DNA from: Escherichia coli | GTDB lineage: Bacteria > Pseudomonadota > Gammaproteobacteria > Enterobacterales > Enterobacteriaceae | DNA length: 41,409 nt | Assembly: GCF_003334765.1 (NCBI RefSeq) | Contig: NZ_QOWT01000034.1 | Strand: one strand, 5' to 3' | In this document: positions 10,310 to 34,100 of the stretch, one piece after another | Numbering within the stretch: the stretch's first letter is position 1 | Layout: each line of letters begins with the position of its first letter | The notes under the pieces: model-generated | The model's database searches: none | Told to the model about the DNA's origin: nothing | Seen by the model: only the letters and a program-made list of their open reading frames with translations | Translations under genes and position numbers: made by a program

Positions 10310-10678
10310 CTAGTTATCGTTGATTTTGTCCAACAACTTGTCAGCATAATCGCCGCGTAAAAAATCGGTACTCAATCCAGCTTGTCGCAGCTTCAATTCC
10401 AGTAATGACAATCGACGGCTAACCTCTTGATATTGCGGATCATCGTGACGGATACCTTTGAGAATATCCAGAAGCTGAATTGCTTCTCTCCGTTGCTCAA
10501 GTTCTGGCGGTAAGCAACCGGCATTCTTCAGCAAGCGATACCCCGCACGTAATTCCGGTGGCACGTGAGAATCATCATCCAGTATCAATGGTTCGCCGCT
10601 ACCTGCCAGGTTATCAAACTCACCTTTCGCTTGCGCTTCTGCTATATGGCGCTCTGCCCACTGGTCAAGTAACCACAT
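10310..10678 (-). CDS. yhdN: YhdN, DUF1992 protein (122 aa)
   Basis: ORF 10310..10678 minus; sequence recognised as YhdN. Confidence 0.8.
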   Translation of the reverse strand: MWLLDQWAERHIAEAQAKGEFDNLAGSGEPLILDDDSHVPPELRAGYRLLKNAGCLPPELEQRREAIQLLDILKGIRHDDPQYQEVSRRLSLLELKLRQAGLSTDFLRGDYADKLLDKINDN

Positions 10679-10743
10679 AAATACTCCAGGGGATGAACAA
10701 AAAGAGTACAGCTATTGTAGATAAGTGGGGATACTACGGGTAT

Positions 10744-10771
10744 AAAAAAACCCGCCGGGGCGGGTTTTTTT
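10744..10771 (-). terminator. Intrinsic terminator of the alpha operon (after rplQ), symmetric and potentially bidirectional
   Basis: AAAAAAA-CCCGCC-gg-GGCGGG-TTTTTTT; A-run and T-run flank a GC stem, 14 nt downstream of the rplQ stop. Confidence 0.8.
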
Positions 10772-10784
10772 ACGTTGCTTCAGA

Positions 10785-11192
<408 letters not shown>

Positions 11193-11208
11193 TTAACCTG
11201 TGATCCGG

Positions 11209-12198
11209 TTACTCGTCAGCGATGCTTGCCGGTGGCCAGTTTTCCAGGCGCATGCCCAGAGACAGTCCACGGGAAGCCAGCACGTCTTTAATCTCAGTAA
11301 GAGATTTTTTACCAAGGTTAGGCGTTTTAAGGAGCTCAACCTCGGTACGCTGTACCAGATCACCGATATAGTGGATAGCTTCTGCTTTAAGGCAGTTAGC
11401 AGAGCGGACAGTCAATTCCAGATCGTCAACAGGGCGCAGCAGGATCGGATCGAACTCTGGTTTCTCTTCTTTCACTTCAGGCTGACGTACATCACGTAAG
11501 TCAACGAAAGCTTCCAGTTGTTCAGCCAGAATGGTTGCCGCACGACGAATCGCCTCTTCAGGATCGATTGTGCCGTTGGTTTCCATTTCGATGACCAGCT
11601 TGTCCAGGTCGGTACGCTGTTCTACACGCGCTGCTTCAACATTGTAGGCAATACGCTCCACAGGGCTGTAGCATGCGTCGACCAGCAGACGGCCGATTGG
11701 GCGCTCATCTTCTTCCGAATGAATTCGGGTAGAAGCCGGCACATAACCACGACCGCGCTGAACTTTGATACGCATGCTAATAGACGCGTTCTCATCGGTC
11801 AGGTGGCAGATCACGTGCTGCGGCTTGACGATTTCGACATCACCGTCGTGGGTGATATCGGCTGCAGTCACAGGGCCAATGCCAGATTTATTCAAGGTAA
11901 GAATAACTTCATCTTTGCCCTGAACTCTCACCGCCAGCCCTTTCAGGTTGAGCAGGATTTCCAGGATATCTTCCTGAACGCCTTCTTTGGTGCTGTACTC
12001 ATGTAGTACACCATCAATCTCAACCTCGGTCACCGCGCAACCCGGCATCGATGAGAGCAGAATACGGCGCAGTGCGTTACCCAGAGTATGGCCAAAGCCA
12101 CGCTCTAAAGGCTCAAGGGTCACCTTGGCGTGCGTCGAACTCACTTGCTCGATATCAACCAGGCGCGGTTTTAGAAACTCTGTCACAGAACCCTGCAT
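11209..12198 (-). CDS. rpoA: DNA-directed RNA polymerase alpha subunit (329 aa)
   Basis: ORF 11209..12198 minus; [27 protein letters not shown]-terminus and alpha-CTD recognised. Confidence 0.97.
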
Positions 12199-12223
12199 TG
12201 TGTCCTCTCTTTGGTACTAAGCT

Positions 12224-13270
<1,047 letters not shown>

Positions 13271-13283
13271 TCAATCACCCCGA

Positions 13284-13720
<437 letters not shown>

Positions 13721-13786
13721 TACAAAAGATTGGCTGGCTAATCTAGCCAGCTCAACCCAACTTTGCAAGAAAAATATGCGAAAAAA

Positions 13787-15266
<1,480 letters not shown>

Positions 15267-15273
15267 CTGCTAC

Positions 15274-16407
<1,134 letters not shown>

Positions 16408-16412
16408 CTACC

Positions 16413-17720
<1,308 letters not shown>

Positions 17721-17747
17721 TTACTCCCGTGATTCAATTGGTGACAA

Positions 17748-18056
<309 letters not shown>

Positions 18057-18067
18057 GTAACCCTACC

Positions 18068-19330
<1,263 letters not shown>

Positions 19331-19394
19331 CTAATGTCAACTACTACTGAGACCCGAAAATCAGGTCGTTAAAAATCCCCATATCGAGGGCGCG

Positions 19395-19430
19395 GCATTA
19401 TAACACCGCTTCAAGGATATGGGTAGAAAA
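19395..19430 (-). promoter_or_regulatory. spc operon promoter candidate with extended -10 (TGtTATAAT)
   Basis: Minus strand reads GTGTTATAATGCCGCGCCC: TATAAT at 19397-19402 preceded by TGn (19403-19405), GC-rich discriminator; no convincing -35 at 17 bp. Confidence 0.45.
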
Positions 19431-19460
19431 AATAAACGGCTCATTTCTGAGCCGTTTATT
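19431..19460 (-). terminator. Hairpin after rpsQ (S10 operon terminator/attenuator candidate)
   Basis: AAACGGCTCA-tttc-TGAGCCGTTT perfect 10-bp stem, about 25 nt downstream of the rpsQ stop; flanked by A/T runs. Confidence 0.6.
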
Positions 19461-19482
19461 CGTATTGAGAGAGTGTACTGTA

Positions 19483-21411
<1,929 letters not shown>

Positions 21412-21416
21412 CTACC

Positions 21417-21698
<282 letters not shown>

Positions 21699-21711
21699 TT
21701 ATCCTCTAAAA

Positions 21712-24107
<2,396 letters not shown>

Positions 24108-24127
24108 TCAATCGCTCAATGACCTGA

Positions 24128-24610
<483 letters not shown>

Positions 24611-24644
24611 CCGCGCATTATACATACTTAACCACCGAACGCAA
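24611..24644 (-). promoter_or_regulatory. S10 operon promoter
   Basis: Minus strand TTGCGT (24639-24644), 16-bp spacer, TATAAT (24617-24622), GCGCGGG discriminator (stringent-type). Confidence 0.6.
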
Positions 24645-24676
24645 GCGTATTGCTAGTAAAGTAAACAGCCTTCGGG

Positions 24677-25096
24677 TTATCTCTCAAGTTCGTTCAGTGC
24701 ATTTTTGACACGCTCTCTTAAACCGGCTTTCTCTTCGCTTTCTTCCACAGTATTTTCTTCGTCTTCAGAAGAAGAGGGGGCATTCTCAACCGCGACGCCT
24801 GGGTCATCTTCCTCCTCGACGGATTCGACGACGGGGAGTGGCTGTTTTTTGAAGAAATAGTGTTGTGTTGATTGTTTAAAAGCGGGCGTTTCAGCCTCTA
24901 CAGTGACTTCGGCTTTTACTATCCAAAGCACCCATAGCTGCCTGGCATACCCACCAACCAGCACCATTCCTGCAAACCACAGGCAAATCAGTAATAAACA
25001 AATTACATATATTATGGTGCTGTGTTTTTGTCGGGAGAAGATACCAGGGTGACCTGTTTCTTTCTGCTCACGCGCGGCGATATAGAATTCAAACAT
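24677..25096 (-). CDS. gspB: GspB, type II secretion accessory protein (139 aa, single TM, acidic C-terminal region)
   Basis: ORF 24677..25096 minus; hydrophobic segment IIYVICLLLICLWFAGMVLVGG and Glu/Asp-rich tail; adjacent downstream of gspA. Confidence 0.8.
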   Translation of the reverse strand: MFEFYIAAREQKETGHPGIFSRQKHSTIIYVICLLLICLWFAGMVLVGGYARQLWVLWIVKAEVTVEAETPAFKQSTQHYFFKKQPLPVVESVEEEDDPGVAVENAPSSSEDEENTVEESEEKAGLRERVKNALNELER

Positions 25097-25097
25097 G

Positions 25098-26567
25098 TCA
25101 TTTCCCCTTCACTGTTGTTTCCGGGGAAATATTTGCTTCATCCCGATATAAGTAGGCACTCTCCCCTGCCACCTGCCAGAGATGTACTAACGTTGAAAAG
25201 CCAACAACACCGTCAGTTTTCAAGTGGTGGCTTTTTTGAAATTGCTTTATTTTTTCTACCAACAAGGGACGCCACTCCGCCGAAGGTTCTGTCGAAATAT
25301 GCAATGCGCGGTTTAACATCGTTTCCAGCCAGAGAATCTCTTCCTCGCTGCTATCACGCGTAATGGTACTCTCCCCTTCCGGCGACATTTTCCACAACAG
25401 AAGATAATCACCCGTCCATACCGACTCAAACCATTTATGTGTCAGCGTCCACGTTTGCTGACCTACGAGGACATCAACGCTAGCCTCACCGACGCGAACG
25501 ACCACAACAGGCAATTTTTTGTCCCCGACTTTAAGCGATGCGATCCAGGGCAAATTCTGATCTACCAATGTTTGTAAAGAAGCATTCCCACTTTTACATG
25601 CCAGCCCCGCTCTTACTGCCTGATCGCACCAGGCCGAATCAGCTGGGACCTCGTACCCCCATACGCCGTATAACACGCTTAGCGCCTCACTATCGCGCAT
25701 CACCACATGAGCAATATCCTTAGTCATATCTTGTTTAACTACTGGCGTTACGGGTATCAGCCACGCAGGAACGGGTAACGTAGCTGTAAAAGAGGACAGC
25801 AGTAGCCAACCACAGGTAAGAGCGATAATGGTTCCACTCATCACCACGGCAAGCTGCATTTTCCGGGGGCGGTTATCACCCAATATGCGGTAAATCATTC
25901 GCCATTGTTTTGCTGTGAAAACGCTGGTCTGCTCGGCTTGCTGTAATAAGCGAATTGTTTCGCCGGCAAGCGCCAGCTTTCTGCGATCGCCCCGACATAA
26001 TAAAGCTATCCGTTTCAGAACTCTGGCGGTTAAAAGGAGATCGGGTTGGTCAATATTCTGACCTTCAAGGATGCTTGCCTTAAGTTCGTGCTCCGTCAGA
26101 CGTCCTATCGAGACAAGTTCAATGCCCTGTTTTTTAAAATCACGTTCGACTTTTCGATCGGGTCTGCCGATCAGCAAAAATTGACCGTCAGGAATAAGAG
26201 ATATTGCGCGTTGGAGATCATCAAGTATGCGGCGGTGATTCAGGTGAGCATTTTCAATAATAATAAGAGGGCAGCGACTATCAGTTCGATGAAGCGCATG
26301 CAGTAATTGCCCCGCCATCTCATCTCGCGTCCAGGCGCTGTCACGGCAGCCCTGTTCAGCCGCGTTATCGTCGGTAACGATCCATGCGGCCTTACCTTGC
26401 CAGGAAACAACGAGGCTTAAAGTAATCACACGGCGATGTTTATCTTTTTGCAGTTGCTGCGCCAGCCAGGTTTTTCCACTTCCAGCCTCACCCAACAAAT
26501 AGCATAGACGCCAGGTTTGACGTTTCTCACACAACCAGGAAAGAATAACTTCTCTTCTCGTAGACAT
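25098..26567 (-). CDS. gspA: GspA, type II secretion ExeA-like ATPase (489 aa)
   Basis: ORF 25098..26567 minus; Walker A GEAGSGKT near the N-terminus, central TM segment, C-terminal periplasmic domain; SD AGGAAG upstream. Confidence 0.85.
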   Translation of the reverse strand: MSTRREVILSWLCEKRQTWRLCYLLGEAGSGKTWLAQQLQKDKHRRVITLSLVVSWQGKAAWIVTDDNAAEQGCRDSAWTRDEMAGQLLHALHRTDSRCPLIIIENAHLNHRRILDDLQRAISLIPDGQFLLIGRPDRKVERDFKKQGIELVSIGRLTEHELKASILEGQNIDQPDLLLTARVLKRIALLCRGDRRKLALAGETIRLLQQAEQTSVFTAKQWRMIYRILGDNRPRKMQLAVVMSGTIIALTCGWLLLSSFTATLPVPAWLIPVTPVVKQDMTKDIAHVVMRDSEALSVLYGVWGYEVPADSAWCDQAVRAGLACKSGNASLQTLVDQNLPWIASLKVGDKKLPVVVVRVGEASVDVLVGQQTWTLTHKWFESVWTGDYLLLWKMSPEGESTITRDSSEEEILWLETMLNRALHISTEPSAEWRPLLVEKIKQFQKSHHLKTDGVVGFSTLVHLWQVAGESAYLYRDEANISPETTVKGK

Positions 26568-26746
26568 AGAACTTCCTGTTTTAATTATTGATTATCCTTA
26601 ATCATAAAAATAATGTATGTATTTATTAATTAAATACATATTACTAATATAAATAAATTTTGCTTGATTCATGCAAGCGGCATTAATACTATTTATACTA
26701 ACGTCAATATACAACCCACCCAATCTATTTTATTAGAACATACATC
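26568..26746. promoter_or_regulatory. AT-rich divergent control region between gspA and gspC (H-NS-silenced promoter region candidate)
   Basis: 179-bp intergenic region, visibly about three-quarters A+T, with a 10-bp perfect inverted repeat TATGTATTTA/TAAATACATA (26616-26640). Confidence 0.5.
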
Positions 26747-27562
26747 GTGCCCACACTACGTTTCCCCTTCCATCTGGCGAATCATAATAAAGATGCTGCC
26801 ATCAATATATTGATTATATTTATAAGCATAGGGTCGATTATTTTTAATGTGAATTATTTCCATACAACTATAGTTAAAAATGGACAGATCATTAATCAAC
26901 CAACAAACGCATTTCAGTCTGATTTCAGCCTTGCCGCTTTATGGCGTAACGAAAATCATGCTGGGGTAAAAGATGCAAATCCCGTGGCAGTTAATCAGGA
27001 AACACCTAAGCTCTCTATAGCGCTTAATGGCATTGTACTCACATCGAATGATGAGACTTCTTTTGTCTTAATTAATGAGGGGAGCGAACAAAAGCGATAC
27101 TCCCTCAACGAAGCCCTTGAGTCAGCGCCGGGAACGTTTATTAGAAAAATAAATAAAACCAGCGTTGTGTTTGAAACTCACGGGCATTACGAAAAAGTAA
27201 CTCTCCATCCAGGGCTACCTGACATCATCAAGCAGCCTGATTCAGAAAGTCAAAATGTACTCGCTGATTATATTATCGCCACGCCTATACGTGATGGAGA
27301 ACAGATATACGGGCTTCGATTGAACCCTCGTAAGGGCCTCAATGCATTTACCACCAGCTTGCTACAACCAGGGGATATCGCCCTCAGGATCAATAATCTT
27401 TCGCTGACCCACCCTGATGAGGTTTCACAGGCATTAAGTTTACTGCTAACTCAACAAAGTGCTCAGTTTACAATTCGTCGCAACGGCGTACCCCGCTTGA
27501 TAAATGTTTCCGTCGGGGAACTTACAGGAATGAATGGACTGCGTCATGAAAGGACTCAATAA
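26747..27562 (+). CDS. gspC: Type II secretion protein GspC (271 aa)
   Basis: ORF 26747..27562; N-terminal TM segment [15 protein letters not shown]; first gene of the gspC-O array. Confidence 0.85.
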
Positions 27563-29498
27563 AATCACCTGCTGCTTGCTGGCAGCACTACTCATGCCTT
27601 GTGCAGGACACGCTGAGAACGAACAATACGGCGCGAACTTCAATAACGCCGATATCCGCCAGTTCGTGGAAATAGTGGGTCAGCATCTTGGCAAAACGAT
27701 CCTGATCGACCCTTCGGTACAGGGAACCATTTCCGTACGCAGTAATGATACGTTTAGCCAACAGGAGTACTACCAGTTCTTTTTAAGTATTCTTGATCTT
27801 TACGGTTATTCCGTGATCACGCTGGACAATGGTTTTCTGAAAGTGGTTCGCTCAGCTAATGTAAAAACATCGCCAGGGATGATTGCTGACAGTTCTCGTC
27901 CAGGCGTAGGTGATGAGTTGGTCACCCGAATTGTACCGCTTGAGAACGTTCCTGCTCGTGACCTGGCCCCCCTGCTCCGCCAGATGATGGATGCGGGTAG
28001 CGTCGGTAATGTTGTGCATTATGAACCCTCCAACGTTCTTATTCTGACCGGTCGTGCCTCCACCATTAATAAACTGATTGAAGTCATAAAGCGCGTTGAT
28101 GTCATCGGCACAGAGAAGCAGCAAATTATTCATCTGGAATATGCGTCAGCGGAAGATCTCGCCGAGATTCTTAATCAATTAATCAGCGAAAGCCACGGTA
28201 AAAGCCAGATGCCAGCCCTCCTCTCCGCGAAGATTGTGGCGGATAAGCGAACCAACTCTCTTATCATCAGTGGACCGGAAAAAGCACGCCAGCGCATCAC
28301 TTCATTACTGAAAAGCCTTGATGTCGAAGAGAGCGAGGAAGGAAATACCCGGGTTTATTACCTGAAATATGCTAAAGCCACGAATCTGGTGGAAGTGCTA
28401 ACCGGTGTTTCCGAAAAGCTGAAAGATGAAAAAGGGAATGCGCGTAAGCCCTCCTCTTCTGGCGCGATGGATAACGTCGCCATTACCGCCGATGAACAGA
28501 CTAACTCTCTGGTCATTACCGCTGACCAGTCCGTCCAGGAAAAACTCGCCACGGTAATTGCGCGTCTGGACATTCGCCGTGCACAGGTGCTGGTTGAGGC
28601 AATCATCGTTGAAGTTCAGGATGGAAATGGACTAAACCTCGGCGTGCAATGGGCGAATAAAAACGTTGGCGCACAGCAATTTACCAATACCGGATTACCG
28701 ATTTTTAACGCTGCGCAAGGTGTGGCTGATTATAAAAAGAATGGTGGGATCACCAGCGCGAATCCTGCCTGGGATATGTTTAGCGCCTACAATGGCATGG
28801 CCGCAGGCTTCTTCAATGGCGACTGGGGAGTACTGCTTACCGCGCTGGCCAGTAACAATAAAAATGACATCCTCGCCACCCCAAGCATCGTAACGCTGGA
28901 TAATAAACTCGCGTCCTTCAACGTGGGGCAGGATGTGCCGGTGCTATCCGGGTCACAGACCACTTCAGGGGATAACGTCTTTAATACCGTCGAACGCAAA
29001 ACGGTGGGGACAAAACTCAAAGTTACTCCGCAGGTCAATGAAGGCGACGCGGTGTTGCTCGAAATAGAGCAGGAAGTCTCCAGCGTTGACTCTTCCTCTA
29101 ACTCGACGCTCGGCCCGACGTTTAATACCCGTACTATTCAAAACGCCGTGCTGGTCAAAACCGGTGAAACGGTGGTCCTGGGCGGATTGCTGGATGATTT
29201 TTCTAAAGAGCAAGTGTCAAAGGTTCCTCTGCTTGGCGATATTCCTTTAGTGGGGCAACTCTTCCGCTATACCTCCACCGAGCGCGCTAAACGCAACCTG
29301 ATGGTATTTATCCGTCCGACGATTATCCGTGACGATGATGTTTATCGCTCACTGTCAAAAGAGAAATACACCCGTTACCGTCAGGAGCAACAACAGCGGA
29401 TCGACGGGAAATCAAAAGCGCTGGTTGGCTCGGAAGATTTGCCGGTGCTGGATGAAAACACGTTCAACAGTCACGCCCCTGCGCCATCGTCACGGTGA
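27546..29498 (+). CDS. gspD: Type II secretion outer-membrane secretin GspD (650 aa)
   Basis: ORF 27534..29498; start placed at ATG 27546 ([23 protein letters not shown] signal peptide); secretin C-domain motifs ([15 protein letters not shown]). Confidence 0.9.
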
Positions 29499-29507
29499 GG
29501 CATTCAT

Positions 29508-30989
29508 ATGAGAATTCACTCACCGTACCCCGCCAGTTGGGCGCTGGCACAACGAATTGGTTATCTCTATTCAGAGGGCGAGATTATTTATCTCGCCGAT
29601 ACGCCATTCGAGCGGTTACTCGATATTCAACGTCAGGTTGGCCAGTGCCAGACCATGACCAGCTTGTCACAGGCTGATTTTGAAGCTCGGCTGGAAGCGG
29701 TATTCCATCAGAATACCGGTGAGTCGCAACAGATTGCGCAGGATATCGATCAATCCGTCGATCTTCTCTCGCTTTCGGAAGAGATGCCCGCAAATGAAGA
29801 TCTCCTGAATGAAGATTCAGCGGCACCGGTTATCCGCTTGATCAATGCGATTTTGAGTGAGGCCATCAAAGAAACCGCCTCTGATATCCACATTGAAACC
29901 TATGAAAAAACAATGTCGATCCGTTTTCGCATCGACGGCGTTTTGCGGACAATTTTACAGCCAAACAAAAAACTGGCGGCACTGCTTATCTCCCGAATTA
30001 AGGTCATGGCTCGTCTTGATATCGCCGAAAAACGTATTCCACAGGATGGAAGAATTAGTTTGCGTATCGGGCGACGTAACATAGATGTCCGCGTATCCAC
30101 ACTGCCGTCCATCTATGGTGAACGCGCCGTACTCCGCCTGCTGGATAAAAACAGCCTCCAGCTTTCATTGAACAACCTGGGGATGACGGCAGCGGATAAG
30201 CAGGATTTAGAAAATCTCATTCAGCTTCCGCACGGTATTATCCTGGTGACAGGGCCGACAGGCTCCGGTAAAAGCACCACGCTCTACGCCATCCTTTCGG
30301 CGCTGAATACTCCCGGCCGCAATATTCTGACGGTAGAAGATCCCGTGGAATATGAGCTGGAAGGCATTGGGCAAACGCAGGTGAATACCCGTGTGGATAT
30401 GTCTTTCGCTCGCGGCCTGCGCGCCATACTTCGCCAGGACCCGGATGTCGTCATGGTGGGGGAAATTCGTGATACAGAAACCGCGCAGATTGCGGTTCAG
30501 GCCTCGCTCACCGGCCATCTGGTACTCTCAACACTCCACACTAACAGTGCATCAGGCGCAGTGACCCGGCTCCGCGACATGGGCGTCGAATCATTCCTGC
30601 TTTCGTCTTCCCTGGCAGGGATTATCGCGCAACGTCTGGTTCGTCGCCTGTGTCCGCAATGCCGACAATTCACGCCCGTATCACCCCAACAAGCGCAGAT
30701 GTTTAAATATCATCAGCTCGCGGTGACAACAATTGGCACTCCCGTAGGCTGCCCTCATTGCCATCAATCCGGCTATCAGGGGCGCATGGCGATCCACGAA
30801 ATGATGGTGGTGACGCCGGAATTACGGGCCGCTATTCATGAAAATGTGGATGAACAAGCACTGGAGCGACTAGTCCGGCAACAACACAAGGCCTTAATCA
30901 AAAATGGCCTGCAAAAAGTGATAAGCGGTGACACCTCCTGGGATGAGGTTATGCGCGTCGCCAGTGCCACGCTGGAGAGCGAAGCATGA
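29508..30989 (+). CDS. gspE: Type II secretion ATPase GspE (493 aa)
   Basis: ORF 29508..30989; Walker [10 protein letters not shown], tetracysteine motif CPQC...CPHC. Confidence 0.95.
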   Translation: MRIHSPYPASWALAQRIGYLYSEGEIIYLADTPFERLLDIQRQVGQCQTMTSLSQADFEARLEAVFHQNTGESQQIAQDIDQSVDLLSLSEEMPANEDLLNEDSAAPVIRLINAILSEAIKETASDIHIETYEKTMSIRFRIDGVLRTILQPNKKLAALLISRIKVMARLDIAEKRIPQDGRISLRIGRRNIDVRVSTLPSIYGERAVLRLLDKNSLQLSLNNLGMTAADKQDLENLIQLPHGIILVTGPTGSGKSTTLYAILSALNTPGRNILTVEDPVEYELEGIGQTQVNTRVDMSFARGLRAILRQDPDVVMVGEIRDTETAQIAVQASLTGHLVLSTLHTNSASGAVTRLRDMGVESFLLSSSLAGIIAQRLVRRLCPQCRQFTPVSPQQAQMFKYHQLAVTTIGTPVGCPHCHQSGYQGRMAIHEMMVVTPELRAAIHENVDEQALERLVRQQHKALIKNGLQKVISGDTSWDEVMRVASATLESEA

Positions 30990-32182
30990 ATTATCGCTAT
31001 CGCGCCATGACCCAGGATGGTCAAAAATTGCAAGGGATCATTGATGCTAACGATGAACGTCAGGCACGACTGCGGCTGCGTGAAGAAGGGCTTTTCCTGC
31101 TGGATATTCGCCCCCAAAAAAGTTCGGGAGTAAAAACACGTCGCCCGAGGATCAGCCATAGTGAACTGACGCTTTTCACCCGGCAGTTGGCAACCTTAAG
31201 CGCAGCGGCATTACCCCTGGAAGAGAGCCTTGCCGTAATCGGTCAACAAAGCAGTAATAAACGACTGGGTGACGTGTTAAATCAGGTACGCAGCGCCATC
31301 CTTGAAGGGCATCCCCTTTCCGATGCATTACAGCATTTTCCCACGCTTTTCGATTCGCTCTATCGTACCCTGGTAAAAGCGGGCGAAAAGAGCGGGCTGC
31401 TGGCCCCGGTGTTGGAAAAGCTGGCTGATTACAATGAAAACCGGCAGAAAATCCGCAGCAAGCTCATTCAGTCACTGATCTACCCCTGTATGCTCACTAC
31501 GGTGGCGATTGGGGTCGTGATTATTCTCCTCACTGCTGTCGTGCCCAAAATTACCGAACAGTTCGTGCATATGAAGCAGCAACTGCCGCTGAGTACACGC
31601 ATTCTTTTAGGTCTGAGCGACACGTTGCAACGTACCGGCCCGACATTATTAGCGACAGTGTTTATTGTCGCTGTAGGTTTCTGGCTCTGGTTAAAACGCG
31701 GCAATAACCGCCACCGTTTTCATGCCATGTTGCTGCGCGTTGCGCTCATCGGCCCGCTGATTTGCGCCATTAACAGCGCACGCTATCTCCGCACTTTAAG
31801 TATTTTGCAATCCAGCGGCGTCCCTCTGCTGGATGGGATGAATTTGTCCACCGAAAGCCTCAACAACCTCGAAATTCGCCAGCGTCTGGCAAATGCGGCA
31901 GAGAACGTTCGCCAGGGTAACAGCATTCATCTTTCGCTGGAACAAACCGCAATTTTCCCGCCGATGATGCTCTACATGGTGGCCTCTGGCGAAAAAAGCG
32001 GGCAGCTCGGCACATTAATGGTCAGAGCCGCAGATAACCAGGAGACACTCCAACAAAATCGGATCGCCTTAACGCTCTCCATCTTCGAGCCAGCACTCAT
32101 TATTACGATGGCACTGATCGTCCTGTTTATTGTCGTGTCGGTACTCCAACCTCTTCTTCAACTTAACTCAATGATTAATTAA
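30986..32182 (+). CDS. gspF: Type II secretion inner-membrane platform protein GspF (398 aa)
   Basis: ORF 30986..32182; 4-nt ATGA overlap with gspE. Confidence 0.95.
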
Positions 32183-32191
32183 GGAAAGCAT

Positions 32192-32629
32192 ATGCGCGCA
32201 ACGGATAAGCAACGCGGTTTTACATTACTGGAAATTATGGTGGTGATCGTCATTATCGGCGTACTTGCCAGCCTGGTGGTTCCTAACCTAATGGGCAATA
32301 AAGAAAAGGCGGATAAGCAAAAAGCCGTCAGCGATATTGTGGCGCTGGAAAACGCCCTTGATATGTACAAACTCGACAATCATCACTATCCAACCACAAA
32401 TCAGGGGCTTGAATCCTTAGTAGAAGCGCCGACACTGCCACCGCTGGCCGCAAACTATAACAAGGAAGGTTATATCAAGCGTCTGCCTGCCGATCCCTGG
32501 GGCAATGATTATGTCCTCGTTAATCCTGGTGAACATGGTGCATACGATCTGCTTTCAGCAGGGCCCGATGGTGAAATGGGAACCGAGGACGACATCACCA
32601 ACTGGGGTTTGAGCAAGAAGAAAAAGTAA
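32192..32629 (+). CDS. gspG: Major pseudopilin GspG (145 aa)
   Basis: ORF 32192..32629; prepilin leader and cleavage motif [17 protein letters not shown]. Confidence 0.95.
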   Translation: MRATDKQRGFTLLEIMVVIVIIGVLASLVVPNLMGNKEKADKQKAVSDIVALENALDMYKLDNHHYPTTNQGLESLVEAPTLPPLAANYNKEGYIKRLPADPWGNDYVLVNPGEHGAYDLLSAGPDGEMGTEDDITNWGLSKKKK

Positions 32630-32636
32630 GTCAGCG

Positions 32637-33146
32637 ATGAATCAGCAACGCGGGTTTACCCTGCTGGAGATGATGCTGGTGCTGGCGCTGGTCGCTATCA
32701 CGGCAAGCGTGGTGCTCTTCACATATGGCCGGGAGGATGTCGCCAGCACTCGTGCGCGCGAAACAGCGGCGCGGTTTACCGCTGCACTTGAATTAGCCAT
32801 CGACCGCGCCACGCTCAGTGGTCAGCCTGTCGGTATCCATTTCTCTGATTCAGCATGGCGCATTATGGTACCGGGCAAAACACCATCAGCCTGGCGCTGG
32901 GTTCCATTACAAGAAGATGCCGCAGACGAGAGCCAAAATGACTGGGATGAAGAACTCTCAATTCATCTTCAGCCATTTAAACCTGATGACAGCAACCAGC
33001 CACAGGTTGTGATTCTGGCCGACGGACAAATCACGCCCTTCTCTTTGTTGATGGCTAACGCCGGGACCGGTGAGCCGCTCCTGACGTTAGTCTGTTCAGG
33101 CTCATGGCCCCTGGATCAAACGCTCGCCAGAGATACCCGCCCATGA
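32637..33146 (+). CDS. gspH: Minor pseudopilin GspH (169 aa)
   Basis: ORF 32637..33146; [15 protein letters not shown] prepilin N-terminus. Confidence 0.9.
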
Positions 33147-33520
33147 ACAAACAATCAGGGATGACACTGCTTGAAGTCTTACTGGCGATGAGTATTTTCA
33201 CCGCTGTTGCTCTGACTTTAATGAGCAGTATGCAAGGGCAACGAAATGCCATCGAGCGAATGCGTAACGAGACGCTGGCATTGTGGATAGCGGATAACCA
33301 GCTTCAGTCACAAGATTCATTCGGCGAGGAAAACACGTCCAGTTCTGGCAAAGAGTTAATAAATGGCGAAGAGTGGAACTGGCGCAGCGATATCCACTCA
33401 AGCAAAGACGGCACGCTTCTGGAACGCACCATAACGGTGACATTACCCAGCGGTCAGACAACCTCGCTTACGCGTTATCAAAGCATCGATAATAAATCCG
33501 GGCAGGCACAAGATGATTAA
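33143..33520 (+). CDS. gspI: Minor pseudopilin GspI (125 aa)
   Basis: ORF 33104..33520; start placed at ATG 33143 ([19 protein letters not shown]) giving an ATGA overlap with gspH. Confidence 0.85.
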
Positions 33521-34100
33521 TCGCCAGCAGGGTTTCACATTGCTGGAGGTCATGGCGGCGCTGGCGATTTTCTCAATGCTTAGCGTGCTGGCGTTTATGA
33601 TTTTTTCGCAAGCTTCCGAGTTGCATCAACGCTCACAGAAAGAAATCCAGCAGTTCAATCAGCTACAGCGCACCATCACCATTCTTGATAACGATCTCCT
33701 GCAACTGGTCGCCCGGAGGAATCGGAGTACGGACAAAATCATGGTGTTGGGTGAAGAAGCTATTTTTACCACGCAAAGTCGCGATCCGCTGGCTCCTCTC
33801 AGTGAAGCACAAACCTTACTCACTGTTCACTGGTATCTGCGAAATCATACGCTCTACCGTGCTGTTCGTACTTCTGTGGATGGCAGGAAGGATCAACCCG
33901 CCCAGGCGATGCTGGAACATGTCGAGAGCTTTCTTCTGGAAAGTAACAGCGGGGAAAGCCAGGAACTTCCTCTCTCAGTCACGTTACATCTGCAGACTCA
34001 GCAATATGGGGGGTTACAGCGCCGTTTTGCATTACCTGAGCAGTTAGCGAGAGAAGAGTCGCCAGCTCAGACGCAGGCCGGGAATAATAACCATGAATAA
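33513..34100 (+). CDS. gspJ: Minor pseudopilin GspJ (195 aa)
   Basis: ORF 33513..34100; [16 protein letters not shown] prepilin N-terminus. Confidence 0.9.

Noticed and set aside
11518-12006. 162-aa plus-strand ORF inside rpoA
   Set aside because: Antisense shadow of rpoA
19340-19360. TTGACA hexamer immediately upstream of rplN as the spc -35
   Set aside because: It lies only about 20 nt from the rplN ATG, overlapping the SD region, so it cannot be the -35 of a promoter driving rplN; considered coincidental
26568-26746. Possibility of a mobile element or integration scar in the AT-rich gspA-gspC spacer
   Set aside because: No terminal inverted repeats of IS type, no transposase or integrase ORF and no direct-repeat target duplication visible; the short palindromes fit regulatory sites better
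29495-29677. 60-aa plus-strand ORF at the gspD/gspE junction and other 60-100 aa ORFs nested in gsp genes
   Set aside because: Overlap well-supported gsp frames out of frame; no independent start signals
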